From Eledone cirrhosa (lineage: Eukaryota): a DNA stretch of 64,000 nucleotides. Positions 1 to 11,135 of this stretch are shown here, in pieces. Under the pieces are notes generated by a model that ran no database searches, was not told where the DNA came from, and worked only from the letters and a program-made list of their open reading frames with translations. The position numbers and the translations under genes were made by a program. Where the stretch lies: NCBI GenBank assembly GCA_964016885.1, contig OZ024743.1:27032001-27096000 (forward strand). Direction: 5' to 3'. Numbering within the stretch: position 1 is the first letter of the stretch; every line of letters begins with the position of its first letter.

Positions 1-249
1 ATCCTTCAAGGTAATAAGGGCATCACGTTCAGCTAAGTGTTCTACTCTAATATCAATCTTAAAATTTCTGACAATATCTTTGGCTTCATCGTTTGTAGGT
101 GTTAGGTTTGGTCTTCTGGTATTTCTTAGTTATGTTATTAAGGATAAGGTGGTTATACTTTTCTTTATCTAGTTTATACAAATTTTTTGTCTTGTCTGAA
201 AAAACAAAGACACTATTAGATGATTTGAATTTTTAAATGTCATCAAAAA

Positions 250-588
250 CAGTGGTCACCAACCTTTTGGACCTCACAGACAACTAAATTCCTAATTTTA
301 AATCCAGCGGACCACTAATATGAATTAATGGTCAATGGTCGAAATAATACAGAAGTGTATGTGTGTCATATTGTCAAGAAATGATACATATATATAAAAT
401 TTTTTTATGGATGTTAGCTCTTTACTGAAAAGATATTTTGGGGGGGGGGGGGGGGGTATAAAATATATTTTAACCGAATATTATTTTTGTTTTATTATTA
501 ATAAAACATAATCAAAGTTGCAAATAATGTCCACATTTTTCTGCGGACCATCAACATTTTCTCTCAGACCACCAGTTGGTGATCGCTC
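250..588. mobile_element. Non-autonomous hAT(Charlie)-like MITE
   Basis: Imperfect terminal inverted repeats cagtggtcaccaac / gttggtgatcgctc; internal gcggacca motifs; no clear TSD. Confidence 0.5.
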
Positions 589-1134
589 TTCTAAAAGTGT
601 ATTTTGGAAAGGATTATAGTATTTATGGAACTTGATATTGGAGACTAAATCTAACAGGTTAGCTTTGAATGGGGCTAAATCCTTAACTATGGTGGTGGTG
701 ATGGCCATGTCAACATCAAAGAGAACAACTTTCCATCTCAATCTATGTACAATATCTTCTACTTTATTGAGAAGAAATTTGGTGCAGGCAGTGCAGGTGA
801 CCATCACATTCAGATGTGAATTAGGCATTATCTCATGATAAATTCACATCAGAGGTCATCTGAACAGTTTTTTTCTAGAAAAATACACTCAAAAGGCAAT
901 GGTCAGCCTGAGGTTATATTAGAAGACACATATCTTAAAGTTCCACACGGTGAGATAGATACCAAAACCATGTGGCTGCAAAGTGATCTCTTTTATTACA
1001 CCACATGTCAACATCTACACACACACATCATCATCATCATATATATACTTTTTATATATGGCTAAGAGATGAGTCTTGTTACTCTGAAGTTTCACCTGTG
1101 CACTCACAAGATCATATGTCACTGGCAATATACC

Positions 1135-1196
1135 TAAGAATAACATTAAGAAAGATGCTGTGTTTACATAAAGCATCTTTCTTAATGTTATTCTTA
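1135..1196. repeat. Perfect 25-bp-arm inverted repeat (hairpin, 12-nt loop)
   Basis: taagaataacattaagaaagatgct (1135-1159) is the exact reverse complement of 1172-1196. Confidence 0.9.
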
Positions 1197-1301
1197 TACT
1201 GAATCTCCATAGTAATGTAGAGAGCTTTCTCCTGCTTATTCCTGTTTTTACCAAAGTGACAACCCAGCTCACATGGATATACACATTTTTACTGAAGATA
1301 T

Positions 1302-1585
1302 ATCATCATCATCATCATCACTGTTTTACGTCCATTCTTCCACTCTAGCATGGGTTAGACGTGTTGTTCCGTTGTGAGCGATGTTAGGTAGGATGACCTT
1401 GTCTTGCTCATATGGGAACTGATTTTGGCTTGATTTTTACAGCTGGATGCCCTTCCTAACACCAACCTCATTTACAGTGAGTGCTGAGTGCTTTTTTTTC
1501 CCGTGACACCTACACAACCACTTTACAGTGTGGGCTGGGTGCTTTTTTGTTGTGACACCTCCACGACCACCCTGCAGTGGGAGGG
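1302..1585 (-). mobile_element. SINE-like repeat with (GAT)n tail (family B)
   Basis: Shares the ggaagggcatccagc core and (GAT)n tail with copies at 2778, 6668 and 12890. Confidence 0.65.
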
Positions 1586-1629
1586 GATGGGGGCATATAT
1601 ATATATGCTTGAGCTTCGGCTTGTTGCTG

Positions 1630-1851
1630 TGGGAAGTCAGGTCTTCTGTATTACTGCATGACACCAGAGATCATGATCCTGTGTCATCACCGTTGAAAGG
1701 TGTAAATTAGGCAAGGTCTGCTTTTATCACCTCACCCCAGGTCTTCTTGGGTCTCCCCACTCCATGGCTTCCATCAAATTTTAGTGCTCTGCATCTTTTT
1801 ATGCAGCTGTCATCCTTCATATGCATTTCATGTCCATACCAACGCATCCTC

Positions 1852-1855
<4 letters not shown>
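1630..1855 (-). mobile_element. RTE-clade LINE 3' fragment
   Basis: Translates RRMRWYGHEMHMKDDSCIKRC...GRPKKTWGEVIKADL, matching the end of the + strand ORF 1821-2636. Confidence 0.8.
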
Positions 1856-1908
<53 letters not shown>

Positions 1909-2700
1909 GTGATGTGCATAAAAGATGTAGTGGGATCACAGGTAAGCTAACTAAGAATATAGATTTTATATGTGGCCGGTGCTCTGGTGCAATAAGTAGC
2001 AGCAAGTGCCCACAAAATACTAGCTCATTCCATTGCACAGATGGTTCTATAGAAATAGTGGACACCTTCCGTTACTTGGGTGACAAAATCAGCAGTGGTG
2101 GAGGGTGCTCTGAAAGTACAGTAGCTAGAGTCAGAACTGGATGGAAAAAGTTCAGAGAGCTTATACCACTATTAGCCGCTAAAGGGTTCTCTCTAAAAAT
2201 GAAAGGCAGGCTGTATGATGCCTGCATACGAACAGCAATGTTACATGGCAGTGAGACCTGGGCATTGTGTGCAGAGGATATACGCAGACTGGAGAGGAAC
2301 AAAGCTTGCATGCTCCGCTGGATGTGTAATAGTAATATACATGAACGGCAAAGCATAAATGAACTAAGGGAAAAATTAGAAATAAGAGGGATCAGATGTT
2401 GTTTACTTGAGAGAAGACTACGTTGGTATGGTCACGTGATGTGCATGAAAGACGACAGCTGTATAAAAAAGTGCAGGGCAATAAAAATAGACGGTAGCCA
2501 CGGAGTAGGCAGACCCAGAAAAACCTGGGACGACTTGATAAATTCCGACCTCACACACTTACACCTCTCCAAGACAATGTCACTGGACCGAGATCTTTGG
2601 CGCTACACAGTAATACAGAAGACCCGCCTTACCTAAGTACAAAGTGAAACCTACTACAGTCAGTAGGCACCTCTAACAAAAATACACCCCCGTCCCACTA
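1909..2700 (+). mobile_element. RTE-clade LINE 3' fragment (RT thumb/C-terminus and 3' UTR)
   Basis: VDTFRYLGD, MLHGSETW, RRLRWYGHV and GRPRKTW motifs; 5' end abuts (TA)n 1856-1908. Confidence 0.88.
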
Positions 2701-2777
2701 CCTCCACCCCATCCACACCACCCCTTTCAATGTAAAGTTATGTTGGTACCACAACATCCAGTCCGAAACAAATGAGG

Positions 2778-3030
2778 TCGTGTAGGTGTCACGACAAAAA
2801 AAACACACAGTCCACGCTGTAATGTGGCCGTGTAGGTAACACGGTAAAAACCTCCCAGTCCACACTGTAAACGTGGTTGGTGTTAGGAAGGGCATCCAGC
2901 CGTAGAAAACCCGCCAGACAGTCCTATGTGAGCAAGACAACCACTCTTGCCTCAAGTGGGAAAACTCCCGTCCAAACCCATGCAAGCGTGGAAGATGGAC
3001 GTTAAACGATGATGATGATGATGATGATGA
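2778..3030 (+). mobile_element. SINE family B with (GAT)n tail
   Basis: Near-identical reverse complement of 6668-7135; ends gttaaacgatgatgatg. Confidence 0.75.
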
Positions 3031-3099
3031 TATATATATATATTGACGGTCAATTAACAAGATCCCAGACCTCATTCACTTAATGAGTTGGGTGGAGCT

Positions 3100-3292
3100 C
3101 GTCAAATTGGACCAAGGAAACAATGTTACCGTTGGTTTTTCCAATGGCTAATACTATCTGTTGGTCACAAGTTCAGGCAGAAGGAGCAACATGAAATAAA
3201 GTATCTTGCTCAAGGACATAATGCATCGCCTGGTCAGGGAAACAAAATCACATCCTCATGATTGCAAATACAATTCTCTAACCACTAAGCCA
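3100..3292 (-). mobile_element. tRNA-derived CORE-type SINE (family C)
   Basis: gaaataaagt(a/g)tcttgctcaagg core; same subfamily as ~37405-37600. Confidence 0.65.
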
Positions 3293-3873
3293 CCTATTTC
3301 CTCTGCTAGCAAATGTTGAATGGGTCGTCACACATGATATCAGTATTTAATTAGTTCTACCAATTTCTCAGATCAGTCAGAAGCCTACATCCCCTTACAT
3401 ATATTCCAACATGCTACAGATTACATACACACACATGCACAACACACACACATATATATATTTATATGCATGTATGTATATATAATTATATTAGAATTAT
3501 TGGGATATACACTTTTATTGTTGATGTTGTCATAAAGAATAATAAACTAGAAATAAACATCAGTACGGAGAGTAAGAACTACTGATAATTGCATTTGTTT
3601 TTAATATATCATTGCTACAACCACTATATCAGTTATCCAAAGCACAACATTTAACTCTTCATCACTAATACTACTGAATATTATATATTCACAGCACAAT
3701 GATTTCTGTTGTCAAGTCACCATGACCAAAACATTTGGTCATAATAATGGCAATATTCTTTTCATATTTTGATATTCTGTTCACTTGTCTTGGTGGACAG
3801 AAATGTAGAAATAAAAAGAAAATTAAAGATTCTTGTCTGTGACTGAAATTGATAAGGGGCTGTAATTTAATAA

Positions 3874-3913
<40 letters not shown>

Positions 3914-4015
3914 TGTCGGTGGCATATCACAAAATCGAATTTCATCAGAGGATACCGTCGAAATATTTATAATGAATAAATGATTTATGTAACATCACCA
4001 TGTTTTGTAATGTTC

Positions 4016-4198
4016 TCAGTATCAGTAGAGGGTCGGATGCCATGCTTTGCAGCAAAGAGTTACGTCCCTTTACGTTCTGAGTTCAAATCCCGCCGAGGTC
4101 AATTTTGCCTTTCATCTTTACGGGGTCGATAAAATAAAGTACCAGTAATACACTGAAATAATTGCTGGCATTGTGCCAAAAGTAAAAACAATTATTAT

Positions 4199-4200
<2 letters not shown>
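4016..4200 (+). mobile_element. tRNA-derived SINE family A
   Basis: B-box gagttcaaatcc, body gcctttcatc..ggggtcgataaaataaagtaccagt, (ATT)n tail; many copies in window. Confidence 0.85.
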
Positions 4201-4236
<36 letters not shown>

Positions 4237-4315
4237 TATATAATTCAAGGAGACATCAAAGAAGGGTAAAAAAGTCTTATTAGTTTGATGTTTTATATTA
4301 GAAAGAGAAAAGAAA

Positions 4316-4352
4316 GTTCGACGTGTCAGACTTAAGCCCTTCTTCAGGAGTA
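4316..4352 (-). ncRNA. Degenerate minimal hammerhead ribozyme remnant in a TA-flanked insert
   Basis: Minus strand CTGAAGA-a-gggc-ttaa-gtct-GACA-cg-TC; GAAA mutated to GACA, weak stem I. Confidence 0.35.
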
Positions 4353-5264
4353 CAATATATATATATATTATGATCATTACCACTACCATTACCCAACACC
4401 ACCACATAACACATCACCCAGTCCAGGAATCAAACTCACAACTTCACGATTGTGAATCCAATCCTCTTACTACTCAGCCACACATCTTCACAATATATAT
4501 ATATATATATATACATATATATGCACTAAGTTGAGTGTTTATGAGTCTTGTATCATTATAATACTTCATTATGCATGTGAAACATGGGCTTTCTTTCAAC
4601 AACAGGCGAGACTACTTACATGTTTTTACCAAAATTGTCTGAAATGTTTATCATGTATAATTAGGAAGAGTATAACACCTAATATGAAAATGCTTTAGTA
4701 GTCTAAGACTTTGAGCATCATGATAGCTAATAAAAGTAGATTGAGATTAGCTGTTAAATGACTACTGGCACACCAAGTAAGCTTTTATTGGAGAACTAAT
4801 GAACTGTAAGAGACCACAACACAAGCATAAAGATTATTTGAAGTCAGACCTAAGAGAAATATGAATCAGAATTGCAAATTGGAAAGAATTGGCAGTTAAC
4901 CGTGCTGCTTGGAGAAAGTAGTTTTATATATAATGATTGAAAACAAAAATGAAGCCTGGAGCTTCTCCCACATAAAGTTATTTTATAGAGCTTACTTTCA
5001 TTGAGGTGAGAAACAAAGGAGGTTTTAAAATGCATATGTTGTGAATGTATCTTCATATATAGAACTGGATTGACCAACTACTTGAAATCACATAAGAGGC
5101 AGACAACCTCTTTGAAATGACCTACCTGTATCAAATCTATCAATCAAAACCAGGTTTCACAAGACACATTAACAATGGTAATCAAGACATTCAAGTAGTA
5201 GTAAGACATAGATACCTGAGACCTGTGATAGAACCTGCAGGTCAGCAGTTTAAGAAGTTAGTAC

Positions 5265-5560
5265 CTGACAACAAAGGGTTTCTCTCTCAAAGTGAAGGGT
5301 AGACTGTAAGATAACTGCAAGGCTACATGACAGTGGGACTTGATTGCAGAAGACCTGTAAAGGCTAGAAAGAAATGAAGTAAGTATAATCCGGTGGATAT
5401 GCAACATCATTGTGTATAAACAACATAGCATAAGCAAGCTGACAGTAAAGCTTGGCATAAAAGGCATTGAATGTAGTGTGTAAGAGAGAAAACTGCACTT
5501 GTATGGACATGTGGTGCATATGAATGATGACAGCTGTATAAAGAAGTGCAGAGAAATCTC
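5265..5560 (+). mobile_element. Decayed RTE LINE fragment (same family as 1909-2700)
   Basis: aaagggtttctctctcaaagtgaagggtagactg and tgtatggacatgtg...gatgacagctgtataaagaagtgc similarity. Confidence 0.7.
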
Positions 5561-5601
5561 AGTGAATGGGATTCATTCATGGTATATTTTCTCACCACTT
5601 C

Positions 5602-5950
5602 CAGACCTGTCAACTCACCCCACACACTTTGGGGTGGGTGAGAGATGTCTTCTCTTGTTAAAATGGGTTTAGCTTTCATTATGTAAAATCGGCGGTGGAT
5701 TGGCAGTATTGGTAGAGGGTCGGACGCTATGCTTTAACGTATAGAGTTACGGCCCTTGCCATTCTGAGTTCAAATCCCGCCAAGGTTAACTTTGCCTTTC
5801 ATCCTTATGGGATCGATAAAATAAAGTACCAGTAATGCACTGGGTAATTGCTGGCCTTGTACCTAATGTAGAAACAATTATGTAAAATCTGCCCATTTTG
5901 TCTCATTTCTCCTCGTTTGGGGCACTTTATTTCATGGTACTCCCCGATTC
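5602..5950 (+). mobile_element. ~200-bp MITE (cagacc.gtcaac family) interrupted by a family A SINE
   Basis: Homologous to 47460-47652 and 51299-51678. Confidence 0.75.
5691..5876 (+). mobile_element. Full-length family A SINE with 13-bp TSD
   Basis: TSD attatgtaaaatc at 5678-5690 and 5877-5889; A/B boxes. Confidence 0.9.
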
Positions 5951-6299
5951 TCCACTTACCTCCACCAATTCTCCACTTACCCATGACATACTTATCTTTC
6001 TACCTCCCCCATCCTATTCCCTCCATATCCCATCATACACCCCACAGCACAGAGATAACCCTTCAGTCATGACACTACCTCTCTTGTGCTTGGTTTCACA
6101 AAAAATGCCTTCAACACATCATATAAGGTAGGTGATGGTATGAACCTCATATAGTCGTCGAAAGCTTGTCAAACAATTGATTGAAAGGACTCATTAGTTG
6201 TGTCAAAGACATGACAACCTCCCTAGTGGTGGGTCCAACACTTGCTAATAGGGAAAATAGAAGTGAAATGATGATTATAATGATATATATGTATATACT

Positions 6300-6490
6300 T
6301 TTGTGTCCTTGAGCAAGACACTTTATTTCAGGTTGCTCCAGTTCACTCAGCTGAAGAAATGAGTTGCGATGTCACTGGTGCCTTTGCCTTTCCTTGGCCA
6401 ACATCGGTAGTGTGGAGACTGGGGACTGGTATGTATGGGTGACAGCTGGTCTTCCACACCTTGCTCGGGCTTGTGCCTTGGAGGGAACTT
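6300..6490 (+). mobile_element. CORE-type SINE (family C), 5'-truncated
   Basis: gtgtccttgagcaagacactttatttc..gttgctccagttcactcagctg; reverse copy at 46290-46545. Confidence 0.75.
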
Positions 6491-6667
6491 GACTCTTTAC
6501 TCATACATATACATATATAATACAATATGTAGAAAAGACAACACACCAGAGAGAGAGAGATAGTGCATTATCAGTCAAACAGGGAATAGCATTCCCTCTT
6601 CTTTGAGCACATTAATGACAGGGAATAGGTAGAGTCTATGGCTCCGTTAATTTATCGTAATATATAT

Positions 6668-7135
6668 CATCATCATCATCAGGTTTAGCGTCCGTGTTCC
6701 ACGCTTGCATGGGTTTGGACGGGGGTTTTCCCACTTGAGGCAAGAGTGGTTGTCTTGCTCGCATAGGACTGTCTGGCGGGTTTTCTACAGTTGGATGCCC
6801 TTCCTAACACCAACCACATTTACAGTGTGGGGCTGGGAGGTTTTTACCGTGTTGCCTACACGGCCACATTACAGCGTGGACTGTCTGGCGGGTTTTCTAC
6901 AGCTGGATGCCCTTCCTAACACCAACCACATTTACAGTGTGGGGCTGGGAGGTTTTTACCGTGTTGCCTACACGGCCACATTACAGCGTGGACTGTCTGG
7001 TGGGTTTTCTACAGCTGGATGCCCTTCCTAACACCAACCACATTTACAGTGTGGGGCTGGGAGGTTTTTACCGTGTTGCCTACACGGCCACATTTACAGC
7101 GTGGACTGTGTGTTTTTTGTCGTGACACCTACACG
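6668..7135 (-). mobile_element. SINE family B with internal 112-bp unit triplicated
   Basis: Units start at 6766, 6878 and 6990 (ggactgtctgg...), nearly identical. Confidence 0.85.
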
Positions 7136-7799
7136 ATCTATATATATATATATATATATATATGGGTATATACACAAGCACATAAAAAAATATAAAATAA
7201 TTTGACACACATTTGTATACATACATACACACACTAACATACACACTCATGCACAAAAATATGGGCACACTCATATAAAAACATACCCATATATACACAT
7301 GCACTTACATGCACAAAAAACCACAGAAAGCCCCCCACATAAATATACACACACTCACTTACTTGCACTCATGTATACATAAAAAAACACAGGATACACA
7401 GACACACGTGTATACATGCACACACAAACAATACAAAAAACTCACAGACAGACATGTATATACACACATGCATGCTTATACATAAACATACAAACACACT
7501 CATATAAAACATAGGCATAGGCATTAACGCACACAAAAACTACATTAAAAAATTCACAGACACACACATGAGCACTTCCATCAATGATACATAAACCACA
7601 CACACACAGAAGCAATAATGCACACCCATCAAATGCACTCCACCTGCACAGATAAAACCCATGACACAACTGGACTCTCCAACTCGGCCCCCACCCCACA
7701 AATGCTAGACTACTCACCTACCATCCCCAGCCTTCTAAAATTCTTTTTTTTTCCAAATTCTGATTTTACAACTTTTTCTTTCTGTCTCTCTGAACTTTC

Positions 7800-8485
7800 C
7801 ATTTCCTGAAGATGGAGATATCTGAAAGATGGACTTATGTACAGAGGAGCTGTCAGTAAAGTGAGAGTAGGAAGTAAGTTTAGTGAGGTATTCAAGGTAC
7901 AGGTTGGAGTTCATCAGGGTTCGGTTCCTAGCCAACTGTTGTTCATCATAAGTCTCCAGGGAACTTCTCTATCCAAATGATTTGGTCATTATAGCCAAAT
8001 CCATAAAAGAACTAGAGTATGGAAATGGTATTTGGAACCAAAGGGTCTGAGAGTAAACTTAGCAAAAACTAAAGTGCAAGTGCGTCCCTGATCCCTTCAG
8101 GAACTTGGCCCTGCTCCATATGTAGAAAAGGAGTAGGCATTAATGTACAATGTACACTATGTACATTTTGGGTTTACAAGAGATGTAATGGGATAATGGA
8201 TAAACTAACATGAAAGGAAGACTTTGTATGTAGAAGATGCACAGGAGTAATTGAAAGGAAGAGTGGCAGTGATATAAGCCTCTTCAAGTCACTGGAAGAG
8301 TCTTTAGAAATGGTTGGTAGCTTCTGCTATCTAGGTGACTTAATTAACAGCGGAGGAGGATGCTTTGAGAGTATAATAGCTAGAATAAGGATAGGATGGA
8401 AGAAGTTTAGAGAGCTACACCCACTGTTGACAACAAAAGGTTTCTCTCTATGTACAAAAGGATGACTGTATGATGCCTGTGTGTG
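7800..8485 (+). mobile_element. Decayed RTE LINE RT fragment
   Basis: VGVHQGSVLS-LLF motif (gttggagttcatcagggttcggttcctagc), FCYLGD, ARIRIGWKKFREL. Confidence 0.8.
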
Positions 8486-8544
8486 AAACCTACAGTCAGA
8501 AGGCACTACCATGCAGCATGGTAGTGCCTTCTGACTGTAGGTTT
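8486..8544. repeat. Perfect 59-bp palindrome (29-bp arms, 1-nt centre) at a LINE inversion junction
   Basis: aaacctacagtcagaaggcactaccatgc-a-gcatggtagtgccttctgactgtaggttt. Confidence 0.92.
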
Positions 8545-8945
8545 AAGTTTGTATGCAAGGGAAGGCAGGTCTTCTGTATAACTGCATAGTACCAAAGATC
8601 TCGATCCAGTGACATTGTCTTAGAGAAGTGTAAGCAAGCAAGGTCAGTTTTTATCACCTCATCCCAAGTTTTTCTTTGTCTACCCACTCCGTAGCTTCCA
8701 TCACTCTGCACTTTTTTATACAGCTGTCGTCCTTCATACGCATCACATGTCCATACCAATGCAATCTCCTCTCCTGCACACAACATTTGATACCTCTTAT
8801 GCTTAGTCTCTCTCTTAATTCGTTTATGCTTTACCGTTCACATACATTACTATTACACATCCATTACTATTACACATGCAAGCTTCATTTCTTTCTAATC
8901 TACACAAGTCTTCTGCACACAATGCCCAGGTCTCCCTACCATGTA
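8545..8945 (-). mobile_element. RTE LINE 3' fragment, inverted
   Basis: GVGRQRKTWDEVIKTDL...MSLDRDLWYYAVIQKT matches the end of ORF 1821-2636. Confidence 0.82.
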
Positions 8946-8993
8946 ATATATATATATTGATACACATATATAGATTTGGTGTGTGAAAAAGAA

Positions 8994-9090
<97 letters not shown>

Positions 9091-10369
9091 TGGATAGTTT
9101 GATTTTTATTTCTTGCTCTATCTTATATTGAGGACATTTATTTTGGTATTTACAGTACACAATAAAAAAATAATAAAAGCAGTAATAATATTAGCAATGA
9201 CAATAATCTTCTCAACAACTCCAATGAAACAAATGTCCATTTTCCTCTCTCTCCCCATCTCTACACTACTTTAAGAAATCTATCAATCTTATGAAGATCT
9301 AGATCTATTTGTTCCATAAATCGACCATATATAGCTAATGGAGCAGCTGAAAAAATTTTCTGTTCACATCACAGAAATAGCAAACACTCAGTGAAAATGT
9401 CTCAAGATTCCTCTTGTTACATTCCTTAACGTAACTTCCTTTCTGTATAACAAGCAACTAAATATCAAAGAAATTATTCCACCTTTCTGTAAATGTCTCC
9501 AGCAGAATAGCTGCTGGCAGAATAGGAACAAAAGTAGTGTTTATATTATTTTTTAATTTTATTTTCATTTTCATGAATATGCCAATGTATGATTTTGTTT
9601 CATATATTCTTTCAGGCATTTTTTCCATTATTATTTTCTTCACAATTCTGAAAGAGAATTGTGAATGTTTTCTTTTATATATATATATTCTTTAATTATA
9701 CCTTCTTTTCTTTTGTATTTCTATTCACTACTTTTCTTCTTTCAAAACGCTGAAATCAAATTCTGCTCATTCCAATTTCTTCCTCCCAGCTATTTCAACT
9801 ATGATCTGCCATGTCATATTTTTATTTTAAATTCTTTTCCTACTGCTAACAATTATGGTAGAACAACAAAATCATATCTGCTTGTTATTATTTTCTGTTG
9901 CTTAATAATTTCTTCTTCCTAGGAGATACATTTTACATCATTTCCCAGTTAGCATTAAAAGTTGAACCATTAATGGGAATATTACATCTTTGATGCTTCA
10001 TCCAAATAATTGAAATAACTAAAAAATAATGGGATAATAATCATTAAAAAGAAAAAAATAAGGGCACTTAACTGCTGATGGAGTTCTGGGGGTGCTGACC
10101 TGGCATACAAGGAATTTGGGGATTTTAAACCTAGTGGATCCCATCAATTCTGAAGGTCAGAATACAGCCCATTTCTTCCAGAGAAGGAACATAAGAAAGA
10201 GAGAGAGAGAGAAGAAGAATCGACTGCAATATTTATCGACCATGAAAGTATGAAAGGTAAAGTTTATCTCAGAGATATTTTAACCCAGAGCATAGTGAGC
10301 CAGAACAAATCTTGAGTCATTTTTAAGCTGACATTAAAATGACTGTCAATTCACTATCTTATGATTAAC

Positions 10370-11135
10370 TTTCTTCTTCTTCACCCACTTATTCCTGAAA
10401 GGGTTGTGGGGGCAGATTCCTCAAACATGACTTCTACTGGGTCCTGTCAGAAGCAACTGTCTCCCCAATTCACCCAGCTGGATTCCAAAGCAAGACCATC
10501 CAAGTGTATAGATGTTATCCATCTGTCTTGCTCAGGGTCTACCCCTGTGTCTCCTGCCAGTTGGTTTTGCCGATAAAATCTCAGCAATTCTATCCTGAGA
10601 CATTCTAACAACATACCAGTAATATTGGAGCTGTGATCTCTCAATTTGGAGAAGTAGCAGCTCTACCTGGAGTGGCTCTCTGATCTCCAAGCTATGCACT
10701 CTATTGAGTAATGTTACTCCAACGACCCTTTACAGGAACCCCATTTCAGCTACTTGTATTTGCAATCGTACTCCATCGGTCATTATCCAAGATTCAGAAC
10801 AATAGGTAAGGGTTGGCATGAATACCAAATTGATGATTGTGAGTTTGGCTTTTATGCCTACCTCCTCCCTTCTGATTAATGAATGTTGAAGCTGACGCAT
10901 TACTGCACCAGCTCCTGCAATTCTTGTACTTAATTCAGTCTCCTGTCTTCCATCACTCATGAACACAGCCCTGAGATAATTGAACTTCTTCACCTGCTTC
11001 AGTAGAACTCTATTCACATGTAGAGTGCGCTGCGCAGGCTTCTTTGAGAGGAAAGTGTCTCAGTTTTCACAGCACTGATTTTCATTCCAGCCATGTAGAA
11101 CTTAGCATCAAACCTATCAAGTGCAAGTTGGAGAT
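10370..11135 (-). mobile_element. RTE (Expander-like) LINE 3' fragment
   Basis: LKQVKKFNYL, PTLTYCSESW, IQVAEMGFL; (GAA) tail at the left end. Confidence 0.8.

Noticed and set aside
5691-5780. tRNA genes suggested by A/B boxes
   Set aside because: These are SINE heads followed by conserved bodies, tails and TSDs; no cloverleaf
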